The notes beneath the pieces are model-generated. The model was not told the origin of the DNA, made no database searches, and saw nothing but the letters and a program-made list of their open reading frames with translations. Positions 13,111-27,054 of a stretch of 64,000 nucleotides of DNA are shown here, in pieces. Both the position numbers and the translations under genes were made by a program. Positions within the stretch are counted from its first letter, which is position 1. Every line of letters starts with the position of its first letter. The DNA is taken from NCBI GenBank assembly GCA_028023455.1, contig JAQFVV010000009.1, positions 7,874,001 to 7,938,000 of the forward strand. The letters run 5' to 3'. The stretch comes from Epiperipatus broadwayi (Eukaryota; Animalia; Onychophora).

Positions 13111-13983
13111 ATTAAATTTTAAAGTAAGGCTCTACTTGGAATATTTAGATAAAGTTACATTTTCTCAAGACATTTAATATTTATATTAGATGATGGAAAT
13201 AGTCCAATATATAAATATAGAACATTGAAGCTTTGTAGAAATAATAGCGGTTTTGAAATTAGAGGAGTTTGGGTTAATGGTAGACTACTACTGTATTATC
13301 ACTTAGCGTTGAAATATCTGCAATGAAAGTATTTAATTTGTGGACCTTTGTAATATCTTGCAAAAATAAAATAATATTTATCAGAAGTTTAAAAAATATC
13401 AATAACAATATTATTTCATGAAAAATTTTACTGGTTTTTAAATTTTTTTTTTTTTTTACATATTCAAACATAATCGCCTTATTTTGTTATGATAGAGATT
13501 TATCATTATAGAAACTGATAATACATTATTACTTGACAAAAACTTGTCTTTTCAACATCTAGATTTTTTTTTTAAAATTAAAAAAAAAAACCTGCTAAAA
13601 GCTGTTAGTATTCTTTCAATTTAATTAATAAAAAACTTTTACTAGTTATATAACTTAGATTTCATTTGAAACAAAACTAGGGTATCAATTAAATTGATTT
13701 TGCTTTGTATTCATTCAAGAAAATCAATAACTTTTAAGTAAAAAAAAACAAAAAACACAAGTTATTGATTCTGCTAATTAATTTATCTTTTGGATAGTGT
13801 TTTTATAAATGTTTTTAGTTTTAGTTTCTTTTTTTTTTATTTTTAGCTTTTTTTGTTGTTGTTGTATAAGTTTTCTAAAATCATTTATCAACCTATCTAT
13901 ATTATAGTCCATTTAACTTTCTATGGTTGATCTATCTGACTGCTATTCAGTATATATCTGTCAAACTACTGTCCAACCATTAT

Positions 13984-14191
<208 letters not shown>

Positions 14192-14649
14192 TCACTTACT
14201 TTTATTTTTATCTAATCACCTATCTCTACATATAAGCTTACTTATAATATTTTATATTCAAAAATTTATTTTTTAAAAATGACATTATTACACATGAAAC
14301 CATAATTTCAAAGGCCTTTTATTCTCATTAGTCATTCTTCACAATGTGTTCTCCATATTCACCGAAAACTGAAATATAAGGATTATGTCTTGTTATACTC
14401 TACAAATGATTAAAAAATATTGCAAATATATTTTAATAATGTCATTGCTTAGAAATTCAAATATAAAAAAAATATTGATCTACTCCATTACTGGAATAAA
14501 AATACAGCAAATATAATAGTATTATATATAATGACTCAATTGAATTTTTTATATTTTATATTTGAAGCTTTATAAGTTATCTATGAAAATATCTATAAAT
14601 TTTCTTAGATAAATTTAATTAAAATAAATACATCATTCATATTTTTCTC

Positions 14650-14763
14650 AACCAATATTAATTTCAGTCACTTTTCTTTATTTACTTTTTACAATGCATT
14701 ATAAGTGTATAATGCATTGTAAAAAAAGTGAATAAAGAAAAGTGATTGAAATTAGTATTGGTT
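14650..14763. repeat. Long near-perfect palindrome (about 53-bp arms, 4-nt loop AGTG)
   Basis: AACCAATATTAATTTCAGTCACTTTTCTTTATTTACTTTTTACAATGCATTATA / TATAATGCATTGTAAAAAAAGTGAATAAAGAAAAGTGATTGAAATTAGTATTGGTT; mismatches are mostly G-T type plus a 2-nt bulge. Confidence 0.9.
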
Positions 14764-15672
14764 AAATTGAGTAATGCAATTAAAAAAGATTAAAGTTGTA
14801 ATACTTTATAATTTTTTTCTATAAAAAATTTAGTAATGACATATAGAAAAATAGCATTATCTTCATAATTTGTTAAAAGATTATAAAATGTAAAAAGAAT
14901 AACAGGTTAGTAAGTAATTAATACTTACAGAATCTCTTAGCAACAGGTTTTCACTTTATTCTGTAGTACCCAGGAGTGTGAATCTCAGCTCTTTCATTTG
15001 CTTTAATGAAATCCTATAATTATGCATTATAGATCAAACTGATGTGTCTATGCTGTCTATATCCTATTAGATTGTGATAAATGTAGACAAAATGTAAAAA
15101 TATTAATAATTTGAATGAATTACTTTTTTTAATGTATGCCATTTTTTAATTTTAACTAAATATATTGTATTTTAGAGATCAATAGTTCCTTTAATTTTTT
15201 TTAGTATTTATGGGGAGAGAAAGAATTGTATTTAATTTTCTATAAGTAGCTGAATTTAAAAGTAGCCTCCTATCAATATATTTAGATATTGATAAGGATA
15301 TGGAATTGATTAAAAATGTCAGGAAAAGTAAAGCTTCACACTGTTAGTTTGAATATCATAATAGGAAGAGGCTTGTGGCAAGCTTAGTATACTATATCAT
15401 GTCTATGTGTTTAAACCTAAACTAGATAAAATTTGGCCATTTTTTAGGTTCTAAGTAGCACCAGAATTTTTCTTTAAGCTAAGTAGACCATCACTAATTA
15501 GCAGCTCAATTATTTCTTAATAAAATATCTAATTTTTTTAGCTATTGAAAACAGCTAAACAAACATGGCTTTTAACAAACTTGATGAGGATTGTCTTATT
15601 TATTGTTCATCTATGGGAAAGTGCTTGAAATCTTTTTTCCTATAGCAGGCTAATATTTTTTTCATGTGTCAA

Positions 15673-15749
15673 AGCATCGGCCAGAAGCGAACCCACAAAC
15701 CCGGGACAATTGCTTGTAAGGCAACTGTTGACCACTCGTCTACCAATGC
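15673..15749 (-). pseudogene. tRNA-derived pseudogene (tRNA-Gly(TCC)-like body, anticodon reads TAC, duplicated T-arm)
   Basis: Acceptor GCATTGG/CCGATGC, anticodon arm GTTGC-CTTACAA-GCAAT, T-arm region CCCGGGTTTGTGGGTTCGCTTC with about 9 extra nt. Confidence 0.6.
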
Positions 15750-15756
15750 TTGATGC

Positions 15757-15990
15757 TATTTAAAGACTATTTTATCTATGTTTTGTTTATACGATAGAGA
15801 TTCAGAATTGTGGTCAAAAATGTATTAGGAATTTTATAGGCTGTATTATCAATGTGAGATCCAATCATGATAGATTATTTAAAGACTATTTTACCTATGT
15901 TTTAGTAATATAGATCGTCAGAATAGAAGTTCAGAATTGTGAATAAAAACGGTTTAGAAAAATTATAGTCTGGATTGCCAATGTGAAATC
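15757..15990. repeat. Diverged two-copy tandem duplication (about 120-bp period)
   Basis: TATTTAAAGACTATTTTA.CTATG...TTCAGAATTGTG...CAATGTGA.ATCC occurs twice, next to the tRNA-like sequence. Confidence 0.6.
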
Positions 15991-18759
15991 CACTTGTTAA
16001 CCAATTGTGAAAATTATAGGTAATATAGCACAAGGCTTTTATTTTACTAATTTATTTTTTAAATTTATACTAAACAATTTTATAATTAATTTGTCTCATT
16101 TTTTAACCTTTAAAAATTTAGATATTCTAAATTGAACTAGATATTTTCAATTTTAAGTTATTGAGTTTATATAGATAATTTTTTTAGTGTCTCAAATAAG
16201 GACACGCACACACATATTAAGTTTTATCAGCAATTTTTTTTTCCGTTAATAAATTAGTTGATGATAAAGAAAACTATTTCAAACAATTAACCTAGAATAA
16301 TAAATAAAGAAGTCATTATTTATTAAAGCATTAGGTGATATCTTAGTGCTATAAAAGAGAATAACAAAGTGATCAATCAATTATAAAATATTACACACAC
16401 TTTGACCCGATTGCAGAGCAACTTTCGTTATATTGATGATTATTTAGACAATCTGTCTATTATTTTATTTATCACATCATCCATTCAAAAATATATTTAT
16501 TCATTCATTAATATTTTTAATCGATTCACTTTTCCTTACTTACCACACATAATTACTCTATTAATTAATTAATCTAGCATGTAAGATTTAAATCGAGAAT
16601 TTATATTTTACAAAATTCTTTTTTTTTCCTCCTCAATATTTACTTTTAAAATTTCTAAGCGTTCATAAAAATTATTATTCAAAAATCTATCAATAAGATC
16701 ATTTCGTAATGAATTGAGTTTAAGACTAAAAAAAAAAAAATTATCAAATACATAAGAAAATTGCATCGGTAAAAAAAATATTACTCAAATAAGCAAACTA
16801 AAACTTGGATTTGGAAAAATCACAGAAAAAAATATAGTTAGAAACTGTAAAGAAAGATATTCAATGTATGTATAAAATAAAATAAAAAATAGAAAGATAA
16901 TGACATTGGACATATTAAAAAAATGTTAAAAAATAAAGAAGAAAGCAGAATAAAGGACAAATTGTCATAGGCAAAAGGAAATGGCTGTATTTGAAAAATT
17001 ATATAAGACTTGAAGAAAATAATTTATAGCATTTGATGACTAATGATTAATTAAGTTATTTAAATGTAATGAGCAAAATAAAATGTTCTATTTATTTTTT
17101 TTATATGCAGTATAACTTGGATGATGTTGTTAAACGTTTCACTTTTAACAAAAGTACAATTATATTTTGGGATATATTAGCCCTATGATGTATTTTTCAC
17201 ACTTAATTTTTTTTATGTAATTATATTTGCCTATGTGATCTATTGGTATGCCTATTTTACCTAATTATTCACTGATCTACCTAACGATGAATTCATTAAC
17301 ATATTCATCTAATAGTTATCAATCCACCTTACCAACTTATAGTTTAGATTTTAATATGACAATATTATTGTTTTTGTTGTTTTTTTAATATTAAGTTAGC
17401 CTGTGTAAAAATGTTCTTTTTTATATTTGAATTATTTGAAATTTATTTGTATTTTTTGGGAGACAAAGTAATTGCTTTTATAGATTCAAATAGTGAAGAA
17501 ATTAGAACATTGTTAGGGCATATGATCTACATACCAAATGAAAACACATAATACATGTCAACATCCCAAAAATTTATTGGAAGAAATATATACCAAAATA
17601 AACAAAATTGTTAGAAATTGTTTTGCGTGTAATTAAGATGAGAAGTGAAATGAAAGAATAAAACATAAATAATATTTTTTTAGCATTTATTGTTGAAAAA
17701 TCATAGTCTCATGAATAGCATTTTTAAAAAATTTAAATCAACATTTTTGTGCTATTAAATAATAATAACAATATCTTCTCTTTCTCTTTCACTTCTTATA
17801 ATTCAGAGATATACAGTTTTTATTTTTTTATTTTAAAGAATCTATTATTTTTGAAAAAGATCTTAGTATAAAGGAGAAGCTAAGCTTTAAAAAGAGAACT
17901 TATAGTTCTTCATATTAGGATAATAAGTTGAATTTACTATCATTATATGAAAAACGGATTAGTAAATCAAGAAATTTATTAAGAAGAGCATTATAAATGA
18001 AGGAATTTTTTTCAAAAAAGTACATTACATGCTAAGACCATGTTATCATTAAATTTCATATAATTATTTGGAGTGGAGAAGATAATTTTTCAAAGGGAGT
18101 CTAGCATTTTTTTTCCAACTTCAAAAAGAAATAAATTGATATAAATGATAAAATATGTGAACTGAATGGAGAGCTTTCCGGAATAAAGTTATGAAAAGAA
18201 AAAACCAGAGGTTATTTTTTTTATTCATTGATATTCTCTATTGAGAAATAAATTAGCTAAAGTCTTTTTATTAACATTTTGATATTGTTTAAAATAATAT
18301 TATGCAACCAAAGAAAAATATAAATAAAATTAGAATTAAAATAACTTTTTTTAAGTTTATCAAGATCAATGTTTTTATTATTTTTTAATATTAATTGTAA
18401 TATGTTATTGTATTATATAAACTATATATATTTAAAACAGTTAATTAAAAATTACAAGAAGGGCATTTTAGATATTATTAGTTTCAAAATTTCCTCTCTT
18501 GAAATTATTAAAAAAATTTAAATTCTTGTACAAATAGGTTTTTTTTTTCACTGTTCATTCAGCTTTTAAAGTTTTTAAAATAATAATAATAAAAAAAACA
18601 GTTTTGCTTTCTACTATTATTACAAATATAATATATTTTAAAATATCCATCAGATTCCAACATGTTAAAAAATTTTAGTCAGTAAATGAAATTATTTTTA
18701 CTGTTACCAAACGAAAGGTGATATGATGAAAATGAAAAATTAAAGTTTGAAATTAAAAC

Positions 18760-18975
18760 AATTCCAACAATATTGAGACAGGTTACTATCCTGAGAAAAT
18801 TCTTAAATAAGAAGATGCATTAAAAATCAGATATTTATTAAATAAGATGGTATTATAAAGATAAAACAGATTAAGTTTTAAATTATGGCAATTCCAATAA
18901 TATTGGGATAGGTTACTATTCTGAGTAAAAATCCCTAAATAAGAAGGTGCATTAAAATTCAGGCATTTATTAAAT
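18760..18975. repeat. Diverged two-copy tandem duplication (about 128-bp period)
   Basis: CAATTCCAA.AATATTG.GA.AGGTTACTAT.CTGAG...TAAATAAGAAG.TGCATTAAAA repeated at about 18761 and 18889. Confidence 0.7.
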
Positions 18976-20829
18976 ATTTGAACAAATGTCTAGATAATAA
19001 TAAGAATAAATAAACAGGAGTGCAAAATTAGTAAACTCAATCAATTTAAATAAAACAATGGTTCATCACTCAGGAAATTTGGTACTGTTCAAGTGCTAAA
19101 AGGGATAGAGCTGCAATCAAAGATGTTAATGCTTGAGATTTACTTTACCATTGCTTTGAACCATGCAGAACAATGAATCAGTTAACAATAGTCATAATCA
19201 TAATATTTGCAACAAATAATATGCAAATATGCAGGAATAGAGAAGACTTCAATAAAATAATTATGGGTAGGCCAGAAAAATGATGAAGATAGGTGTAATA
19301 GTAATAAAAATAAAAGAACCTTGTAATGGGAGACAATTTAATAATTAATGTTTCATAACACATCAAAAACCAAAGTTACATTACTATTATAATGTCTTGA
19401 TTTGTGATTTGTAAATTATTACTTGAAAATTTGTTTATAAAGAATAATTTTTTAAAAATTCATTTTAATCAAGTGGGAAACTTGATTAATTTAATATCAC
19501 TTTGTATACTGCTCTTAAACTTCTTATAATTTCTGGTCATAATTTTAATGATTTCAGTTTTGACATAAGTTTATCTTTGACCTAATTTTAATTTTATTCA
19601 CTATAACAGTGTTATGATGGTTTAGAAAGCCATGTGATTCAAAGGATTTGGAAGTTATGTATTTAATTCTGACCTGAGAGATTTAAAGAGATTCTTAGTT
19701 AGAATTCAGGTCTTAGAAATAATATCTTAATACTTTGTAATTAAAAGTGCACACTGTAGTTCAAGGTCCATGGATTGTGGCTCTAACTTTGTTACTTCTA
19801 ATTAAACTCAACTTATGGTGTAAAAGCATAAATTACATATTAGTTGAGTTAAGAATTTTTGATACAATGCAAATTTAAGTTCAAGACAAAAATAATTGAA
19901 TATTTCTCTTTCATGAATATGAAAGTTTATTCATAGTAGAGTAATTAAAATTATAACAAAATGAAATTTTTATAAAATGCAAATTTTTATCACTGTAACG
20001 TCATAAAATTTCAAAATAAATTAAATGTCATCACATGTGAACAACTATTTTTCCAAGGGCAGTGCAAAATCACTTAATTTTAATTCTTATAATAATAGTG
20101 ATGGTTTTAACATATGCTGAATATAATCAAAGAATTTATTGTTTTTGTTAGGAGAAAAAATTTAAATTATTTTTTTTAAGTGTAATAAATATACAAGCAA
20201 ATACATATATCAAATAATAAATTAATTGTTTAAATTTAGCCAATTTAAAAGTAATTATTAAACTATTTAAACTATGAATTTTAGTTATTGTCTATAATTC
20301 TCATCTGAAATACAACTTTTTTTTAATACTGTAAAATCGTCTTCTGAATACAACTTAAAATTTAACATTTAGATAACAATATTACATCATTAAAATAATA
20401 ATTATTTAAACCAACAATACTATCAGTTAATAAAATATAATAAAGTATATAAATCCATATAATATAATTACTATTTAGTATAAGAATATAGCAGCTTAAT
20501 TATTAACAAGATATCACAAAAAAAAAATCTGTAAAGATTTCCACCCGAAGATAGAATAACTAGTGCATTAGTAAGTCCTAAATCTGACAGGTATTAACTA
20601 TATGGATTATAGTTGTATTTATATGTTAAACTATTTCTATCATATAATATTAAATTATAAATGTCTTTAAATTCAGAAAAAAGTAAATTAACATTATATT
20701 TCAGAAAAATTCCTCACTTTATTATCTCCCTAAAATCAATAAGAAACATTTTCCATTTATACCTATTGTTAGTTCTAGAGATTGACTTTGCCAAAGTTTA
20801 TCAAGATTTCTTCTCAAAATATCTTAGTT

Positions 20830-22320
20830 CTTTGGTGTACAAGACACAGTTCTTTGTCAGAGATTTTAAGCACTTTGCAGAATTAATCAAAAAATATGAA
20901 AAATGGAAAGAATTGACATATTGGTAAGTTTTGATGTGGAAAGTTTATTCACAAATGTATCATGTAATAAAGCATTGTCTATTGTAAAGAAATGGTGATA
21001 ACAGTTTATAAATCAAAACTGCTCTTCCTATTAGTAATATAATGGAATTATTAACATTCTGCATAACAATAACATAGTATCAATACAACAGGAAATTCTT
21101 CCATCAAAATCAAGATATGGCTTTAGGCTCACCATTGCCACTTCTAGTTCACAATATTTTAATGAAAGAACTTGAAACTATAACCATAAATACTATTCCA
21201 TATCCACCTAAACTTTGGCTTCACTATGTGGATGATATACAGTATATGTTGTATTTCCACATTGGTGAAATTCTATTACAAATATTCTGGATACACATCA
21301 AAAACATATAACCTTCAATTAAATTCACAATAGAATCAGAACAAGAATAAAATTTGGCATTCTTAGATATTTTTATGACAAGACTTCCTCAAGGCAAAAT
21401 CAAAACTACAGTTTACAGAAAACACACACATACAGAAAAATACTTGGCATGCACATCCAGTCATACCAGAAACACAAAACATGGAATTATGCTATCACTG
21501 TAAAACAAAGCAAAATAAGTTGGTTCAGATAACAATGACTTGGAAAAAGAAAAGATCTATATAGAACAAACTCTCACAAAAACTGATTATCCATCAGCTT
21601 TCATTAAAAAAACCTTAAGCAGATAACAAAAAGAAACATAAAAAGAAAAAACAATTATTGACACTGTAGTATATCCATACATATCAGGAATAGCAACAAA
21701 CCAAAAAAAATTTGCAGTTAATAATATATGAACAGCTTTCCATAACCATATCACACTATGAGAAATTCTGACATCTATAAAACCTAAACTTGAAATGCTG
21801 AAAAACTCAAACTGTATCTATGAAATATCACATGAATGTGGATTATATTGAGATCAGAATCCCCATTAAAAAGCAACTGAAAGAACATAACCAGGTGATA
21901 AGAAAAGTGAAAACAGATGTGTCTAAAGTAGCAGACCATGTATGTACTAATGAACATATATTCACCTGGGAAAATACAAAGGTACTAGATAGAACTGAAA
22001 AGGTACAAAAAATTCAAAGAAGCTACTCACATGGTAATGGCAAATGATGCCATAAGCCAACCTACAATACATAATGCCTGAAGTTATTAATTAACTTTGC
22101 TTTTAGAAAAAGTAGAGAAAGCAGGAGGAATTAAAAATTTCAACTAACTGTTGCCTTTGGAAGAATGGCTCAATTTGTGAGAGCATCACCTTAAAATTTA
22201 ATATTCAAAAGTTTAAAAATGTTTCTAAAGACATTCATGATTTAATGTTAGATGGAAGAAATAGTCCAACATACAAATACAACCAAAATATCATCATCAC
22301 AAACCTTCAGACAAATACTA
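20830..22320 (+). mobile_element. Decayed Penelope-like element (RT, thumb, GIY-YIG), family distinct from 6743-11341
   Basis: Across frames: LVSFDVESLFTNV, MALGSPL, WLHYVDD, FLDI...KTTVYRKHTHT..YL..SSH, CIYEISHECG..Y, LKEH..SKVADHV..EHIF.WENTKVL; many stops and frameshifts. Confidence 0.9.
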
Positions 22321-22573
22321 TAGTTTTGTATTTGTTCACATTTACAATGATCAGTGACTTATAAATTCTATTTAGAAAGACCTAATACAGATGACATTTA
22401 TTTTGATCAGGAAAAAAATTCAGAATTTCATAAAAAATTTCATTTTTTTACACCATAATCCTTTGATTGTAGAATCTTGATTGTATAGCCAAAAAGGGGA
22501 TCTTAATTTGAACCAGGTCTTAGTAAAATAAGTCATGAGTTATGACCAAATGCAATTTTCTTAATAGCTTTTT

Positions 22574-23896
22574 AAGCACAGACTTTCACATGACCCACCA
22601 CTCTCCACCCTATCTCATAACACTGATACACTTGAACACATATATGTTGAAAAGATAAATAATCACTAATATACATATTTCATGCTAAAACGGCAATCAT
22701 CAGCTGGTCCAGTTTACCATCTCTACACATATATGCTATAAGTGCTCAGATATATATTAAGATAGCCAAACCTCATACTTTAATGGACAGGCTTCAATCT
22801 ACCCCACACTCCAACTCTTCAACCGTACATCCAATTGAAAATCTGATGATGGAATGCTCAAAGTCACCCTGATGTCAAGATTCTTATCACACCCATGTTG
22901 ACCCAAGGTCAATCTGACCCCTCATGTACAGGACATAATTCATTTAATGCACATACAAGGGATGGGCAGACATCTCTACTTATGTAATAATTGAAACACA
23001 GGCTTATTATATACCTGTGTCTATATATGTAATATATGGAGTATATGAGCACAGACTTTCACATAATCTACCACTCTCCACACTATCTCATAACACTGAT
23101 ACACTTGAACACATATATGTTGAAAAGATAAATAACTACCAATATACGTATTTCATGCTAAAACAGCAATCATCAGTTGGTCCAGATTGCCATCTCTACA
23201 CATATATGCTATAAGTGCTCAGATATATATTAAGATATCCAAACCTCATACTTTAATGAACAGGCTTCAATCTACCCCACACTCCAACTCTTCAACCGTA
23301 CATCCAATTGAAAATCTGATGATGGAATGCTCAAAGGACACCCTGAGCCCGAGATTCTTGTCACACCCATGTTGACCTAAGGTCAATCTGACCCCTCATG
23401 TACAGGACACAATTCATTTAATTCACATACAAGTGATGGGTGGACATCTCTACTTATTTAATAACTGAAACACAGGCTTATTATATACCTGTGTTTAAAT
23501 ACGTAATATATAGGGTATATGAGCACAGACTTTTATATGACCCAGGGTGATCTTTGAGCATTCCATCATCAGATTTTCAATTGGATAGACAGTTGAAGAG
23601 TTGGAGTGCGGAGTAGACTGAAGCCTGTACATTAAAGTATGAGGTTTGGCTATGTTAATATATATCTGAACACTTATAGCATATATGTATAGAGATGGTA
23701 ATTTGGACCAACTGATGATTTCTGGTTTAGCATGAAATACATATATTGGTGATTATCTTTTTGACATATATGTGTTTAAGTGTATCAATGTTATGAGATA
23801 GTGTGAAGAGTGGTGGGTCAGGTCAAAGTCTGTGTTCATATACCCTATATATTACATATATAGACACAGGTATATAGTAAGCCTGTGTTTCAGTTA
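22574..23896 (-). mobile_element. Non-coding hammerhead-bearing element, family A (retrozyme-like): about 2.05 tandem 473-474 nt units (22574-23543, HHR on -) plus an inverted partial unit (23545-23896, HHR on +)
   Basis: Unit marker GCACAGACTTT at 22576, 23049 and 23523; inverted copy after 23544; 13-bp TSD TTAATAGCTTTTT at 22561-22573 and 23897-23909; HHRs at 22665-22708(-), 23138-23181(-), 23707-23750(+). Confidence 0.9.
23138..23181 (-). ncRNA. Type I hammerhead ribozyme, family A (best-preserved copy)
   Basis: ACCAA-CTGATGA-TTGCT(GTTTT)AGCAT-GAAA-TACGTA-TA^TTGGT; stem III holds the 8-nt palindrome ATACGTAT. Confidence 0.75.
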
Positions 23897-23949
23897 TTAA
23901 TAGCTTTTTGTATATGTATTTCTGAGGGAATTTCTCTTCCAATATCTGC

Positions 23950-26200
23950 TTTAAAAATATGTGAAAAAATAGAAAACCTCTCCAAAGGGATAGACTTGAG
24001 TATACCAGTAATATTACTCATAGTAATATTTAATTAAATATCCTGTAGTTTAAGATATTTTCTTTGATATGAAGACACAATATTTATGAACAGAATATGT
24101 TAATGCTAAGGAATTTGTCAGTAAAGTATTTGCATCATAAGTCAAAGTAATGCCAATCAGCAAGGAGATTATTTCTAAAAAATAATTTTGATTTAATCTT
24201 AGATAAATAAAAAAAAAAGTTAGTTAGATCACTGCTAAATGAAAGGGATCACATTTTAGGCTACTATTGCAAAAGGTCAGATTCAGATTACAAGATGATT
24301 CCCTATTGTTTAAATGAAAAAAATGGATGTATTCTTTTTATTGGATTAGAAATAAAATCCCAATCTTTGAAAAACATTTCCATTTTTTTTTTAAAAATCC
24401 TTATTGAGAAATTGATTTAAATCAGGAAAGGATATCTTTAAAAAAGTCAAAGTAATTTCATCACTATAGATTAGTTTTCTGTATCTGAAACTGATGAATA
24501 TATTAAGTAAGTAAAAGAATTGAATCCTGTGACAGAGTCATTTTCTGTTAAATTTTGTATTTACTATGATGGTCATTTAGTGTCAGTCGCATTTTCTCTT
24601 GGAGAGCATCTTGTCATATAAATAAATGGATTTCCTGCAGTTAAGAATTTTAGAAATTTTAAAAAGACCACTTTTTCAAATAGAATCATAAGCTGAGATT
24701 AGATCAATAAAGGAAACATCAGTATTTAATTTATTTTGAAAGTCTTTTTCAACGTGAGTTGTTAACAATAGCTTTTTCTTGACTTACCCCCCTCTCATCC
24801 CACCCAACTATTGGTAAAATTCTTAATAATGTGATTAATATTTATAGGAAGACATAGCAATATTAGGTGATGGTTTTTTGAATTATTGCTGTTTTTGTTT
24901 TGTTTTAAGATTGCTATAGTAGGAATACTTTCTGTATGAATAATTTTACTGAATAATTCTGTCCTACTTTAGCATTAGATCCTAAATTGTCTACAAACTC
25001 TGGATATATTATCTGCTCCTGACACTTTTTCTGATTTAAGACAAACAAAGGCAAGTTTGAATTTACCAAAATTTACAGGTTTTATCTGGTTGATTGATAT
25101 TAGTAAAATATTGTAAAAGAAAAGCAATTCTGCTCTAATGAAACTGTTTCTCATTCTATCACTTTCTTGGGCTTAGAAATCTGATATATAAGACTGGAAA
25201 TCTCATTAGCAATAACAATAATAATTCTTTTAGAGATATTATTATATCCAATAAACTTTTGTAAAAGTGACTAGGTCTTACAATTAGATCATTTAAAATT
25301 TTGTTTCTCCATGATTTGCATTGTGTAGTGATGTTATAAGTTTTTCAGCAATTTCAAAATCTTTGTTAGAAAAAAATTGACTATAAAGAGCATTGTTGGT
25401 TTTATTCCAATCTAAAGTCAATTGTTATCATAGAGGAATGGATTCTTTGGCAGCTTTTATTAAGAGTTTGTAAAGCCTATAATAACAACAGGGAATATGA
25501 GAGGTTTATTCCAATTAGCTTTATGCAAATTCCATCTTGGATCAGGATAGCTTTCAATTATAAAAATGCAGAATTCAAGAATGATTAGATTTGGTTTATG
25601 TTGAGCATGGGCAGAATAATCTAATACAGTAATTCAGCAGATAATAAAAAACTATCTTTTATTGAAATAAAAGATAAATCATGAGTTCTTTCTGTCTTCA
25701 TCTGATTAACTCCATTATATCATTTGAACTATCATCAATAAAAGTTATTTGATCTATGAGATAATTAGAAATAAAAATAATAATATAATGTTTAAAATTT
25801 CTATTATTTATCAATGTAAATCCAAAAGTTTTAGGAATATATGCATTAATAGAAGATATTAATGAGTCTCTTGAAGTACAATTGCATCAGCATTGTTCTG
25901 AATAATTTAGTTTGTAGAGAATCTCCATTTTTGATTTTGATACATCCTCCATGTTATGTTGAGGTAATTTTATTGTTTTCTAGGTGAAAAGGAAATTGCT
26001 CTGTAAATAATATACCTGGCACTTGAGATTTTCGAGAGCCAAAAGCCACTCAACTGTAAATGTGGCATAGATATTCTCTACAATAATGCTGGAGTTCCAT
26101 TAATAATTTTATTGTGTATTTTTTAATGTGCTGTCTTAACCAGGAGTTCATCAAGAAGAATTCTGGGTACCAGGACATGCCATGTAAAGGTTGTCATCTA
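23950..26200 (-). mobile_element. Highly decayed LINE (APE endonuclease + RT), I/Jockey-like
   Basis: Hand-translated minus-strand remnants in the expected order: KIINWNS (~26110), LDYSAH ~ GDFNAH (~25620), SGADNI ~ PGPDGI (~25015), KKP....SY (~24850), Q*GIIL ~ PQGSIL (~24295), YFTD ~ YADD (~24120). Confidence 0.55.
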
Positions 26201-26334
26201 TTCACCCCAATATAATTATTGATCTAAAGGTAGGACAACATATACATAAATTAATTAATACATTTTCTTTGTTTCAATACTATTTTAATAAAAAAATATT
26301 TCCAATATAAATATAAATAAACTTTTATATTTAA

Positions 26335-27054
26335 ATAAAGGAGATTTGAACTCAGACTTTCAAAGTACCCTTCAACTAGCCACCTTATCTCATACCACTG
26401 ATACACATGATCACACACATACAGAAAGGATAAATAATCACCAATATATGTATTTCATATTTTATGTGTATCAGTAGTATGAGATAGTGTGGATAGCTAA
26501 AGGGGACTTGAAAGTCTGAGTTTAAATTCCCTATAATTATAATTGCACTCCAGGTATATGAAAAATGCCAGTATTTCAAATATTTACACATTAAGCATGC
26601 ATCTGCTCATCCCTCTTCTATGTATTTAAATGGATAAGGTCCTATATGTGATGGGTCAGAGTGACTTGAGGTCAACATGGGCATAATAATATTGGCATCA
26701 GCATGGGATTTGGGTTTTTCATAATTAGATTTTCAATGGTATGGATAGCTGAAGAGTTGGAGGTTGGAGTAGATTGAAGCCTGTCCATTAAAGTATAAAG
26801 ATTTGCTATCTTAATATAAACTGAGCACTGATTATATATGTGTGTGGGAGATGATAATCTGGACCAACTGATGAGTGCTGCTTCAGCATGAAATGCATAT
26901 ATTAGTGATTATTTATCTTTTCTACATGTGTGTGGACATGTGTATCAGTAGTATTAGTACGAATAGTTGGTTTCTTGAAAGTCTGAGTTCAAATCCACTA
27001 TATTTACAATTAGGCACCAGGTATATGAATAATGCCTGTATTTCAAATATTTAT
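26335..27054 (+). mobile_element. Second family A hammerhead element: short inverted arm (26340-26458) + about 1.25 units (26459-27054)
   Basis: GTGTATCAGTAGTAT at 26466 and 26940 (period 474); homologous to 22574-23896; HHR 26863-26906 ACCAA-CTGATGA-GTGCTG(CTT)CAGCAT-GAAA-TGCATA-TA^TTAGT; candidate 12-bp TSD TTTTATATTTAA at 26323-26334 and 27055-27066. Confidence 0.8.

Noticed and set aside
22225-22266. Possible hammerhead remnant (CTAAAGA...GAAATAGTC) in the 3' end of the 20.8-22.3 kb PLE
   Set aside because: The position is right, but the core is mutated and stems I and II cannot be drawn convincingly.
22843-22866. CTGATGA on the strand opposite the family A hammerhead (possible second, antisense ribozyme)
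   Set aside because: No GAAA after a stem II (reads TCAAAG), and the motif is not conserved in the 26.7 kb copy.
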